DNA of 31,276 bases from a virus (taxonomy: Duplodnaviria > Heunggongvirae > Uroviricota > Caudoviricetes): the IMG/VR virus record IMGVR_UViG_2534682222_000020, positions 1-31,276 of that record. One strand, written 5' to 3'. This document shows, piece after piece, positions 8,770 to 17,468 of the stretch. The position numbers and the translations under genes were made by a program. Position 1 is the stretch's first letter. Each line of letters starts with the position of its first letter. Under the pieces are notes generated by a model. It did no database searches, was not told the origin of the DNA, and worked only from the letters and a program-made list of their open reading frames with translations.

Positions 8770-9210
8770 ATGAAATATTTATATATTGATAATCTGGCGT
8801 ACCCTTACGCCCTACAGTCTGTTTACGCTGCAAAAGGGCAATGGCCAGAAGGAAAAGGCGTAGACATAGACGAAGCTATTTTCAGGGAATATTTCCATGA
8901 CACGCCGCCCGAAGGTAAGCGCAGAATTACCGCAGGCGACGGAATGCCAGCTTGGGCAGATGTTCCTCCACCAACACGTGAAGAACAAATTGCATCAGCC
9001 GAAACTAAAAAGCAGCAATTGATTAACCAGGCCAACGAATACATCAACAGTAAACAATGGCCAGGTAAAGCATCAATTGGTCGTCTGAAAGGTGAGGAAC
9101 TGGTGCAATATAATTTGTGGCTGGATTATCTGGACGCACTGGAACTGGTCGATACTTCCGGTGCGCCAGATATTGAATGGCCTACGCCTCCGGCAGTTCA
9201 GGCCAGATGA
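8770..9210 (+). CDS. Tail-fibre assembly protein, alternate copy (Tfa')
   Basis: 146 aa; ATG 8770 right after the cassette stop; C-terminal ...LVDTSGAPDIEWPTPP resembles the C-terminus of the minus-strand Tfa (...TDTSTAPDVIWPELP). Confidence 0.7.
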   Translation: MKYLYIDNLAYPYALQSVYAAKGQWPEGKGVDIDEAIFREYFHDTPPEGKRRITAGDGMPAWADVPPPTREEQIASAETKKQQLINQANEYINSKQWPGKASIGRLKGEELVQYNLWLDYLDALELVDTSGAPDIEWPTPPAVQAR

Positions 9211-9784
9211 CGTCCGGCGCTGTGCTGGTATCTGTTGCCGTCACCGCGTCAATGTAATCCAGCACAGCGTTAAGTCGGGTGTTTTCTGGCTGCGTCAGCT
9301 TCCGCCCGGCCTGTAATTTCAGTTGAATCAGACTGATGGAAGCCATTGCTGCATTAATCAGTGACTGGCGCTGTGCTTCTGCCGCGTCTAGTGCGGCGCT
9401 ATGCTGTGCCTCGGTATCCGTCACCCATTTCTCACCATCCCATTTATCGTATGGCGTTAATGGGGCGATAGTGGTTGTATTTTCAGGGTAATCACCCGGA
9501 ACTGTGATTTCTTTGGTATCTCCCGTTTCGGTACTATAGACAACTTCACCGCGATGGTCTGGCACATATTCCCATGAATTTAAATCTACAGAGCGACAGA
9601 TTGCATAACCAGCTTTATGTGTACCTGGTGCATCCAGACAGGAACATGCCGGGATACCGACGCCGACAGCGAGATATTCAGTTGATGTAGAAATATATTC
9701 CCGCGTTTCGCCATCATAGTTATGTACGATGATTTCCCCATCATTTAAAGCGTAACCGTCTTTTCCCAAAATAGCCTGTTCCAT
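9182..9784 (-). CDS. G: Tail-fibre assembly protein G (active-orientation copy)
   Basis: 200 aa immediately downstream of H (H stop 9785..9787, ATG 9782..9784); conserved Tfa C-terminal motif. Confidence 0.75.
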   Translation of the reverse strand: MEQAILGKDGYALNDGEIIVHNYDGETREYISTSTEYLAVGVGIPACSCLDAPGTHKAGYAICRSVDLNSWEYVPDHRGEVVYSTETGDTKEITVPGDYPENTTTIAPLTPYDKWDGEKWVTDTEAQHSAALDAAEAQRQSLINAAMASISLIQLKLQAGRKLTQPENTRLNAVLDYIDAVTATDTSTAPDVIWPELPEA

Positions 9785-10888
9785 TTATGCAGCCCTCACA
9801 ATGTAGTTAAATGCAATGTTTCGCGGGCTACCATCACCGGCGCCGGAACTGACATGATTGGTTCTATCCATTCGTTTACTGTCATTTGTTGTTCCACTCC
9901 CATCCTTCCACGAATACAATAACCCGCCATCGCCAATGCTCAACTGCACCGCAAATACGGATGAACCGGATGAATAAACATCTCCAGCCATGAGTGGGTT
10001 CCCTGTCCATCCATGCATTTCATGGTTATGTTCAAGGATAGATGCTGCCTGACTTGAAAGCAGCAGTCTCGCGGAATCAACACCTCGCCCATCATCCCAC
10101 CCGCGAATAAACTCACCGCGCAAATCCGGTAATTTTAACTTTGGGTAAGCCTTTGCCAGTTTTGGGTACTTTTCGGCAGAAAAAGGTGCACCGTTGCATT
10201 TCAGCCAGCCTGTTGGTGGTGTGGCTGAAGGCCACGGAACAGGCACACCAACGGGTAACGCTGAGCCTTCTCCCAAACCAAGGTTTTGGAGAACCTGATT
10301 TACCAGCCCAGCATCAACCATTTCTTTTAATGCATTAGCTATCAGTGGGTATTGCTTGTGCGGATTTGCAGCAGCTACGTGCTTTTTCATCACATCATCG
10401 GCGTATGCCTTAACTTCAATAACGGCATCATCAACATATTTACGGGTTGCCAGCACCACTGACGGATCGATTTTCAGCGTCACAGCCTCGGTGCTGCTGA
10501 CGATCAGGATCACGCGAATAACCTGCACGCGCCCGCTACCTTCCTGCAACTGCGGTTTATAAGTCTCTGCACAGTTGGCAACCGCAATCATATCGCCGTC
10601 TTTATCAAACAGGCCAATCTCACGGATCCACCATCCGCCCGCGTCTTCCGGTATAACCTGTTCCGCAATGATCTGATTGGTGTTTACCGGGTCAACAGTC
10701 AGCATGTTCAGCTGCGCGCGGCGCAGCTCATGCACGAGGGCGGTTTGGGCCGGATTGGGTGTCGGCAGCGCGCCGTTACCATCACCGACGGCCATTTGGG
10801 TGATCTCAACCTGCGCACCCAATGCCGTGGCGTTTGCCAGTTTTGCCGCCCCGATATTGGTTAACAGGGCAAAATATTTAGTCGCCAC
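9785..10888 (-). CDS. H: Tail fibre protein H (constant N-terminus plus variable C-terminus in the invertible segment)
   Basis: ORF 9785..10909; likely GTG start at 10886..10888 (VATKYF... aligning with recalled P2 H MSTKFK...) with GGAG RBS. IGAAKLANAT, QMAVGDGNG, GGWWIREIGL, YVDD match the P2 H N-terminus. Crossover site lies in-frame at 10268..10293. Confidence 0.8.
   Translation of the reverse strand: MATKYFALLTNIGAAKLANATALGAQVEITQMAVGDGNGALPTPNPAQTALVHELRRAQLNMLTVDPVNTNQIIAEQVIPEDAGGWWIREIGLFDKDGDMIAVANCAETYKPQLQEGSGRVQVIRVILIVSSTEAVTLKIDPSVVLATRKYVDDAVIEVKAYADDVMKKHVAAANPHKQYPLIANALKEMVDAGLVNQVLQNLGLGEGSALPVGVPVPWPSATPPTGWLKCNGAPFSAEKYPKLAKAYPKLKLPDLRGEFIRGWDDGRGVDSARLLLSSQAASILEHNHEMHGWTGNPLMAGDVYSSGSSVFAVQLSIGDGGLLYSWKDGSGTTNDSKRMDRTNHVSSGAGDGSPRNIAFNYIVRAA
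10268..10293. repeat. Right inversion crossover site inside the H coding sequence
   Basis: Seen: ttctcccaaaccaaggttttggagaa, internally near-palindromic; encodes VLQNLGLGE in H. Confidence 0.6.
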
Positions 10889-11492
10889 TTGCGATCTCCA
10901 CGGTATCAATTAAATGGACTGCCGCGCCGGTGTAGTCGCCACCGCCCACGGATATGGTTTCAGGAAAATAGGGGTAAACGGTCAACGTATCGCCGATATA
11001 ACACCCCGCTCCGGCTTCGATATACCCCTGCGTCTGAAGCGAAAGCGAAAGGCCGGTAAGGTGGCGGCTTCTGGGTTTCGCGTCATCAATCAGGCGTTCA
11101 AGCTCCTGATATGTTTCCTCGGTTATCCCTTCGTCCTGAATGCCAATTTCAAGCTTGAAAGTGCCGGGCTCCTCGCCGCTCTGCCACCACTCAATCACCC
11201 TCAGCAAATAGCCGAAAGGTTCAACAACGCGCCTCAACGCCGAAATCGTGCCTTTGTGGCGATGGACAAGCCACGAGGCTTTAATTACCTGCCTTTTGGT
11301 CTGTTCAGACCAGCGCTTATCCCAGCGATCAACAGACAACGCCCAGGCCAGATAGGGTAAAAACTCCACGGGGCATTCATCCGGATCCCAGAGCTTTCGA
11401 AGGTCGACAGGAATACCGCTGATCCGCGCCGTCGGTTTCTCCGCATTCCGCATGAAATTGCTGGCTGAAGGCGGCAGGAGGTTGTTATTCAT
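10878..11492 (-). CDS. I: Baseplate assembly protein I
   Basis: 204 aa; LWDPDECPVEFLPYLAWALSVDRWD, VVEPFGYL, RLIDDAKPRSRHL match recalled P2 gpI. Confidence 0.85.
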   Translation of the reverse strand: MNNNLLPPSASNFMRNAEKPTARISGIPVDLRKLWDPDECPVEFLPYLAWALSVDRWDKRWSEQTKRQVIKASWLVHRHKGTISALRRVVEPFGYLLRVIEWWQSGEEPGTFKLEIGIQDEGITEETYQELERLIDDAKPRSRHLTGLSLSLQTQGYIEAGAGCYIGDTLTVYPYFPETISVGGGDYTGAAVHLIDTVEIASGD

Positions 11493-12381
11493 CCGTTCCC
11501 CCTACGCTGATGGTGTGCGAAATACACCGTGCAGCCTGGGTATCATCGATCACGATATCTTCCAGAGGGTTCAGCAAGACGACGCGCTGCACCCCCTGAA
11601 CATGCAGAGCGGCCATAATGGCCGAACGCGCAACATCGCGACCGATTTTCCCCTGCGCTCCCAGCCATGCCTGCAATGCATCATCTGCCGCGCTCAGGAT
11701 CGGCTCAGATTCCGGCCCCGGATAGAGATAAAGCAGAGCGTTAATTTCATAATTCACAATCTCCGCTGACTGGACGGTGAGCCTGTCAGCGACAGGCCGC
11801 TTATCATCCGCTGAGAGCGTGTCGTTTACCGTTGTGATCAGCTCGGCGCTCGCCGTGCCATCTCCTTCGGTAGACAGAATGGATACGACGACGACAGCGG
11901 GAGAAGGACTGGTTGCTTTGGCGTCTGCAACTTTACCGCTGGCGCTTTTCGCAAAATATTCATAAGCCCCGGTAGGACCGGCAACGCTCAGCCCTTCAAA
12001 AGCGGATTGTGCACGCAAACGCAGTGCTGTATCGCTTTCCATCTCCGCATCAGTGGTTTCCGTAGCAGGAACACGAACCAGGCGTTCGGTGTTCAGGTTG
12101 CCAGCAAGGTTATCAAGGTCAGTGGATACGGAATGGCTTAACATGCAGGCCGCAGCGCCCTCATTGATTCGCTGACGCAGCATTAATTCCCGGTAGGCAA
12201 TTACCTGCGCCAGTATGGTCAGGGGTTCAGACTCAAGTTTTAACGCAGCGGCAACAGAAGCCTGCTGTTCATCAGGGAAAGCCGCGATCATGACGGCTTT
12301 GACATCCGCCAGGATCACTTCAAAATCCAGCACTTCAATAATTTGCGGCGGTGGTAACTGCGCCAAATCAACTGTTGCCAT
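11485..12381 (-). CDS. J: Baseplate assembly protein J
   Basis: 298 aa; size and position between W and I; overlapping stop/start with neighbours. Confidence 0.8.
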   Translation of the reverse strand: MATVDLAQLPPPQIIEVLDFEVILADVKAVMIAAFPDEQQASVAAALKLESEPLTILAQVIAYRELMLRQRINEGAAACMLSHSVSTDLDNLAGNLNTERLVRVPATETTDAEMESDTALRLRAQSAFEGLSVAGPTGAYEYFAKSASGKVADAKATSPSPAVVVVSILSTEGDGTASAELITTVNDTLSADDKRPVADRLTVQSAEIVNYEINALLYLYPGPESEPILSAADDALQAWLGAQGKIGRDVARSAIMAALHVQGVQRVVLLNPLEDIVIDDTQAARCISHTISVGGTDE

Positions 12382-12736
12382 TGCTGCTTTTCCTGAGTGT
12401 TAAAGTTGTCTTCTGCTGTTCCATGGATTCTGTCAGCGAGCCTGATAATCCCGCTTCCACTGCCCCGGACTGAGAAAAGCGTACATCCACGGCGCTCAGA
12501 GTGATCCGTGGTTCCCATGTCGCCAGCGCAATCACCACCGCGCTCATCAGCTGCATACGTGTAACGTCGTTTTGCGGGCCATCAATCAGGTCAGGAACAA
12601 GAGAGCCGTAATCACGGCGCATGAGCCTTGAGCCAATCGGGGTGTTAAGAATGTCACTGGCTGACTGCCACACGTGGGCGGCGTCCGTCAGCGTTCCCGT
12701 GCCATCAGGATTCATCCCGGTATAGCGCACCGTCAT
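12368..12736 (-). CDS. W: Baseplate protein W (gp25/GPW family)
   Basis: 122 aa; MTVRYTGMN...GSRLMRRDYGSL matches recalled P2 gpW (MTARYLGMN...GSRVMRRDYGSL). Confidence 0.85.
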   Translation of the reverse strand: MTVRYTGMNPDGTGTLTDAAHVWQSASDILNTPIGSRLMRRDYGSLVPDLIDGPQNDVTRMQLMSAVVIALATWEPRITLSAVDVRFSQSGAVEAGLSGSLTESMEQQKTTLTLRKSSNGNS

Positions 12737-13317
12737 TTCGTGCCCTCCGTCCAGCTTCCGCCACGCTGTACAGCACCATGACCATGATCATCAACCTGCA
12801 CACCGTTTGAGATGAACGCACCGCCTGTGTGCGTAAAGTCCCCCTGCATTTTGCCGCCTTCCGTAACGGTGAAGTTTTTGGTTTTCAGCATCTCGGTACA
12901 CTCGACCAGCGGCGTTTTCAGTAAGACCTTAACCGACGCCTCAATCGTTGCTGATTTGATGCCACTGACCTGCAAAGCCCCTGCCTCTGCGTCATAGCGA
13001 AACTTCGCGCCATCCGGCGCGGTCACGATCATTTCTTTTGTCGATGCGCCTGGCGCCGGATTGTCGTTGCTGTAAAGACTTCCCCCGATGATCGCAGCGG
13101 TTGTATTCCCCCCCAGACTCAGGAACCAAACCTGCTCGCCAACAGACGGCGGCACCCAGACGCTGAAAGCGCCTGCACGCTGTGCATTCCAGCGCAGCCA
13201 GGTGGAATCCAGCTCTCCGCTTTGTACCCGTACCCGCCATTTTTTCTCGTCAATCTCCGTCACCGTACCGGTGCGAACGATGTTTTCCAGCAGGCGGATG
13301 ACCTCAGCCAGATCCAT
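12733..13317 (-). CDS. V: Baseplate spike protein V
   Basis: 194 aa; position upstream of W; size and glycine-rich C-terminus consistent with P2 gpV. Confidence 0.75.
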   Translation of the reverse strand: MDLAEVIRLLENIVRTGTVTEIDEKKWRVRVQSGELDSTWLRWNAQRAGAFSVWVPPSVGEQVWFLSLGGNTTAAIIGGSLYSNDNPAPGASTKEMIVTAPDGAKFRYDAEAGALQVSGIKSATIEASVKVLLKTPLVECTEMLKTKNFTVTEGGKMQGDFTHTGGAFISNGVQVDDHGHGAVQRGGSWTEGTK

Positions 13318-13958
13318 CAGCTCACCCCCAGAGAATCAATGACCTGTCTGGCGATAGCCATGCGGTCCGCTTTGCTCAGGCCGAGCAACTCACGGCGCGG
13401 ATAACTCGCCATCGCTCCGCTGTCGTTAACCCTGTCCCGTAACCCGTACTGGTGAACACGGGCGATGCGGGCAGCTGCACCAGAGAAACCAACTACAGCC
13501 CCCTCAGAAGTCGCTCTTGCTTTCAGAAAACGGGTTGTGCGCAGTCGGCGAAACATAGGATCACTTTTTGTGGTATCGCGGCGCGTCTCGCTGAAACTGA
13601 TATCAAGATAACGCTCAATATCAGAGCGATAGAACGAGCGAACAGCCCCCTTACCCTCATCAAAGCCTGTCAGCATGCGTCCCCGGCTTCCACGGCTTGC
13701 CCGCCAGTTTCGCAGGCGACGCTCCTCACCCTGCCAGATAAACCCGATCCCAGCCTGGGAGCGTAAGACACGGCGGCGACGCTTCGGGTATTTTGTGCCA
13801 TCCGGAGCTGTCTGTTTTCCGATGCGCTGGCTCTGGCTACGGCGTAATGTAGTCGCTATTCCGCGCGCTGTACGCAACCGGCCCGCTGGCGCCATTGCGG
13901 AAAGGATGTCTGCAAAAACCTGATCGAGCTGATGAAACAGCGCTGCATCACCGGTCAT
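13317..13958 (-). CDS. S: Tail completion / virion morphogenesis protein (S-like)
   Basis: ORF 13317..13991; preferred ATG 13956..13958 overlaps the R stop (ATGA); Arg-rich basic protein in the S position between R and V. Confidence 0.6.
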   Translation of the reverse strand: MTGDAALFHQLDQVFADILSAMAPAGRLRTARGIATTLRRSQSQRIGKQTAPDGTKYPKRRRRVLRSQAGIGFIWQGEERRLRNWRASRGSRGRMLTGFDEGKGAVRSFYRSDIERYLDISFSETRRDTTKSDPMFRRLRTTRFLKARATSEGAVVGFSGAAARIARVHQYGLRDRVNDSGAMASYPRRELLGLSKADRMAIARQVIDSLGVS

Positions 13959-14404
13959 GCCAGCTCTCCTCCGCCAAATACTACCTCCCACTCACCGCCA
14001 TAGATGCGAGGGCGGTCTTCACTCAGGTGTTTCGCGACTGGCTTCCCGTCAACGATTTCCACCATGACGCGCTCCCAGACCGGCACCTTGAAGAGAAGAT
14101 CAGCCAGGTCATCGCTGATAATGTCGGCGTCAAACTCCACCTTGCGGTTATTGTCAGGATTCAGCAGTAAATCCGGCTGATATTGCCAGGCCCAGGCCAT
14201 AATCGGCAGCATCAGGTCATCAACCGCCCCGGGGAACTCCACGGCGAGAACATTGATGGTGTAGAGATACATGAATGACGGTTCGCCGGTCGCTTCAATC
14301 CCGATATTGCCTTTTTCCACCCAGACGGTGATTTGCTCCGGGTTGGCCTTACACCAGGTGTTACCGGCTATCAGGGCTTCACGCATCAACTCTGCTTTTT
14401 TCAC
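13955..14404 (-). CDS. R: Tail completion protein R
   Basis: 149 aa; position and similarity to recalled P2 gpR (MLPIMAWAWQYQPDL). Confidence 0.7.
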   Translation of the reverse strand: MKKAELMREALIAGNTWCKANPEQITVWVEKGNIGIEATGEPSFMYLYTINVLAVEFPGAVDDLMLPIMAWAWQYQPDLLLNPDNNRKVEFDADIISDDLADLLFKVPVWERVMVEIVDGKPVAKHLSEDRPRIYGGEWEVVFGGGELA

Positions 14405-14697
14405 TTTATCCCCCTGGCAATTCGCCGCAGTTCCAGCTCTCTGATACCCGCCTTATCGGCGTTGCATGTGTCCAGCGCATCCAGCAGCGCATCGGACCAC
14501 GGAGCGAGACTCCCGTATGTCATTGGTTTTGGCGGTGCTGGCGTTTCAGTTTTTGCCGTCAGGCTTTCCGGCAAAGGTTCCTGAATAATCACCGGCGCTG
14601 ACTTCGGCGGCTCGCTGGTACAGGCTGTCAGCCACACGGTCAGGCACAGGCACAGCGGCACATTTATCACCGGCCAGCTCAGTTTTGATATTTTCAC
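14401..14697 (-). CDS. lysC: o-spanin (LysC/Rz1-like outer-membrane lipoprotein)
   Basis: Alternative-frame ORF overlapping the 3' end of the i-spanin gene; GTG start; signal peptide with lipobox L-T-A-C; Pro-rich mature part. Confidence 0.55.
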   Translation of the reverse strand: MKISKLSWPVINVPLCLCLTVWLTACTSEPPKSAPVIIQEPLPESLTAKTETPAPPKPMTYGSLAPWSDALLDALDTCNADKAGIRELELRRIARGIK

Positions 14698-14941
14698 GGC
14701 GCTTTTCCCCTGTATCGCTACGCTTCTGAGCCAGTGTTTTCAGACCGACGGCCACTTCGTTTACGTCGTTACGTAACGCCCTGACCTCGGCCAGCACTTC
14801 ACCGGTTTGCTTAAGCCTCTGGTTGGCTTCTCCAAGGGCCTTCTCTGCGGCCTCTCGTTTACTGCTCTCCAGCGTCAGCCTGACGCCTGCGATGACCAGC
14901 AGAAGGGATATAAAAACGGAAAATACACCCAGCGCTTTCAT
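14546..14941 (-). CDS. lysB: i-spanin (LysB/Rz-like)
   Basis: 131 aa; N-terminal TM helix (VFSVFISLLLVIAGV) then coiled-coil; directly downstream of the endolysin. Confidence 0.7.
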   Translation of the reverse strand: MKALGVFSVFISLLLVIAGVRLTLESSKREAAEKALGEANQRLKQTGEVLAEVRALRNDVNEVAVGLKTLAQKRSDTGEKRRENIKTELAGDKCAAVPVPDRVADSLYQRAAEVSAGDYSGTFAGKPDGKN

Positions 14942-15489
14942 TTCGCCCCCTTCAGCTCAGGCTCTGACAGGCACCAGTCCCGAAACTCTTCCCGACGCTT
15001 TACCAGCCCCGGCAGACGTTTTCCGCCGGAGTTAACAAAGTCTGTGAGCCGCTCGCAAACGCCCCGCCAGTTACCATCCTGTGCATTGCGCCAGATTGTT
15101 GTTCTGACCTTCTGGCCCCTTTTGTTGGTGTACCAGCCAAGACCACCACAACCGACGTTAAATGCGCCATCAGTCAGCGCTTCGAAAACACGTTGTGGTG
15201 CAGCTGCGCCATTAAACTCGCGGTTTACGCATTTCTCAGCACGAAACAGGTCATTCACCCATCGCTCGGCGATCTCGCGCTCGGCGTATTCGCGGTTCTG
15301 CACGTTACTGGTCGACCCCATGCCTACGGTCAGCACACCCGCCGGGCAGTAATACGGCGTCTTTCGACAATCCTCGTATTTCGCCATCTTCAGCTGCGCT
15401 TCAGGACTTGTACGCAGCGTCTGCGGCCAGAGTGCCGCTGCGAGAGAGACAATCGCCGCAACAGAACAGGCAATAATTCCTCTTTTCAT
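14938..15489 (-). CDS. SAR-endolysin (T4-lysozyme-like muramidase with signal-anchor-release domain)
   Basis: 183 aa; weakly hydrophobic N-terminus GIIACSVAAIVSLAAALW; catalytic E...D...T spacing (YEDCRKTPY...GVLTVGMG). Confidence 0.8.
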   Translation of the reverse strand: MKRGIIACSVAAIVSLAAALWPQTLRTSPEAQLKMAKYEDCRKTPYYCPAGVLTVGMGSTSNVQNREYAEREIAERWVNDLFRAEKCVNREFNGAAAPQRVFEALTDGAFNVGCGGLGWYTNKRGQKVRTTIWRNAQDGNWRGVCERLTDFVNSGGKRLPGLVKRREEFRDWCLSEPELKGAK

Positions 15490-15767
15490 CGCGGTGACTC
15501 CCTGATAGTCCGGATTAACTCCTTCACGTCCTGCCGGTTCTCGGTATCGTCCCGAATCGCATCGATCAATTCATTCAGCAGAACATTATTGGTTTCATGG
15601 ATGCGGGACATCCGGCGGCGATGGAGTTCACCCAGCACGGCAACCACGATCCCGGTGAGCGCAGCAATGAAAGCCAGCCAGTCCTTCTGCGTCATCATGC
15701 CTACGCCCGTCAGCAGCATCGACCAGAGGTATACCGTCCAGTTCCAGAGGCGGTTTATCAGCTCCAT
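15486..15767 (-). CDS. Holin (two TM helices; possibly pinholin partner of the SAR endolysin)
   Basis: 93 aa; two hydrophobic segments and a charged C-terminal tail; immediately upstream of the endolysin with ATGA overlap. Confidence 0.65.
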   Translation of the reverse strand: MELINRLWNWTVYLWSMLLTGVGMMTQKDWLAFIAALTGIVVAVLGELHRRRMSRIHETNNVLLNELIDAIRDDTENRQDVKELIRTIRESPR

Positions 15768-15958
15768 AATTGAACAGTCTCCTTTGTCGCAGAGGTGTCG
15801 ACGTCAGGCAGTTCAACTTCCTGCCCTGCATCAAGGAAGATCTGACCGGCCAGCGCATGATTCGCAGCCAGTACGATCTCGGTCACGCCCTGGGTGATGC
15901 CGTAGTGACGCTGACACAACAAATCCACTGTATCGCCCTGCAATGCCTTCACTTTCAT
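15758..15958 (-). CDS. X: Tail protein X
   Basis: 66 aa between L and the holin, as in P2; LysM-like small protein. Confidence 0.7.
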   Translation of the reverse strand: MKVKALQGDTVDLLCQRHYGITQGVTEIVLAANHALAGQIFLDAGQEVELPDVDTSATKETVQLWS

Positions 15959-16455
15959 CAGAACGCCTCCGCAGAGTTACGGACCACACCCTGAATATCC
16001 GAGATAGCCCAGCGCGCATCACGCCAGTGATCATTCGCCTGGGTTGCGAGTGCGGCGGCGCGCTTCTCGCCCGCGTCGCCCGTGGTGTCAACATCGCGGA
16101 AAGTCTCGATCAGCAGGGCACGCGAGATGCTGTAAACTGCGCGGCGCCAGCGATATACCTTTACGCTCTCGTCGTTTATCACCATGGCCGGTACGGCGGC
16201 CAAACTGGTATATCCGGCCCCAATCTGTTCAGCCTGCCATTGCTTCAGCTGGTCAGCAGTGTGAGCTACGGCTTCGATGACCACCTGCTTTAAACGCGAA
16301 GTGGTAACCGCACCGGTGATCCGCATCTCCTTACGGACGTTGCTCAGCACTATCTCGGGCCAGAACTCCCCGGCGGTGACTTTCTCTCCGCCGTCATCCA
16401 CGTCCGGCACATCCTCCGCAGAGGGGGTAACTGTGCGAGGGGCCACAAGGCTCAT
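15958..16455 (-). CDS. L: Head completion / capsid stabilisation protein L
   Basis: 165 aa; position after the terminase small subunit. Confidence 0.75.
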   Translation of the reverse strand: MSLVAPRTVTPSAEDVPDVDDGGEKVTAGEFWPEIVLSNVRKEMRITGAVTTSRLKQVVIEAVAHTADQLKQWQAEQIGAGYTSLAAVPAMVINDESVKVYRWRRAVYSISRALLIETFRDVDTTGDAGEKRAAALATQANDHWRDARWAISDIQGVVRNSAEAF

Positions 16456-16558
16456 CGTGTAGTCTCCAGAAAAGGTTGGCGGTGAGCGGACGGAGAAAAG
16501 CTAACGCGATGCGTTGCAGATCTCCGCCCGCGCCGCCAGCGCACGGGGCGCAAGTCGG

Positions 16559-17422
16559 TTATTTTTTATCGGCGGTGCTCTTTTTCGTCGTTGTTTTGCG
16601 GGCCGCCGTTTTACGTGTTGTGTTGCCAGGGTTGCTTTTGGTGGCTGGCTTTTTGGCAGCTGGCACCGTCACTTCCGGCGTTGCTGCAGCCTGATCATTA
16701 CCCCCTTCGCCCCCGCTCTGGTCTGCGCCCTCACTGTCTGATGCATTTTCCGCAGAGGCCTTTTTCACCTGCCTGGCAAGCTTATCGATCAGTTTTTTCA
16801 CCCCGGCGCCGGAGTCGAGATTCAGCGCACGGCGCAACAGCTCCAGCGCAGTCGCCTGTTCATCCGTTGTGCCGTTGCACAATGCAAAAGCGCGGGCTTT
16901 ATACAGCTTGGCCCGGACAACGTCTGGCATATCGCTGTTTTCAGTGATCTCCTGGACCTCATCGAGCACCGCCAGATATGGCTTAACATCAGTGCTGTCA
17001 TCCGCCTTGACCTGCAACAGAATGGGATCGCAAATCTCATCGACCAGCGCTGTCGCTGCCGTGCGGTTAAACCGGTCTGGCATTGCCAGATTGTGCGCGA
17101 TGACATACCGACCGATGCGGACGGCCAGTGGATAATCACGAATATCAATCGCCCAAATCATCAGTCGCGTGATCACTTCATCCTGTCGCCCGCTGTCTCC
17201 CTCCAGCGTTCCTTCAATCCACCCCTCGTAATTGGGTAGCAGCTGGCGTTTAAGCGCGGCTTTTGCCTGTTCGCCCTGAATTTTCTTCAGCGCACTCATA
17301 TCCATACGCATGCGATGCAGAATTTGCTCGTGCGCAGTACGCGCTGTTTCTGACAGATCATCTGCCTTGCCATGGCGTTCAGCCATGACGCGTTGAAAAT
17401 GTCGTTGTGCCGGTGTCAGCAT
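16559..17422 (-). CDS. M: Terminase endonuclease (small) subunit M
   Basis: ORF 16559..17512; preferred ATG 17420..17422 (MLTPAQRHFQRVM); downstream of capsid gene N; Lys/Thr-rich low-complexity C-terminal tail. Confidence 0.75.
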   Translation of the reverse strand: MLTPAQRHFQRVMAERHGKADDLSETARTAHEQILHRMRMDMSALKKIQGEQAKAALKRQLLPNYEGWIEGTLEGDSGRQDEVITRLMIWAIDIRDYPLAVRIGRYVIAHNLAMPDRFNRTAATALVDEICDPILLQVKADDSTDVKPYLAVLDEVQEITENSDMPDVVRAKLYKARAFALCNGTTDEQATALELLRRALNLDSGAGVKKLIDKLARQVKKASAENASDSEGADQSGGEGGNDQAAATPEVTVPAAKKPATKSNPGNTTRKTAARKTTTKKSTADKK

Positions 17423-17468
17423 TGTTTCTTCCCCGATGAACGGCGGGCCGAAGCCCGCCAGTGTGCGG

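Larger units (their letters stand above)
8421..10293. other. Invertible tail-fibre segment (G-segment-like host-range switch)
   Basis: Bounded by the inverted 26-bp sites; holds two convergent cassettes, each a fibre C-terminal domain plus a tail-fibre assembly gene; invertase gene immediately outside at the left. Confidence 0.6.

Noticed and set aside
13433-13450. Possible Ogr dyad for the V promoter (TGT-N12-ACT) within the 3' end of S
   Set aside because: Imperfect (ACT rather than ACA) and I could not place a convincing -10 element; too weak to call.
14807-15897. Plus-strand ORFs of 181 and 234 aa across the lysis cassette
   Set aside because: Antisense to well-supported endolysin, holin and spanin genes; Ser/Arg-rich low-complexity translations; no RBS.
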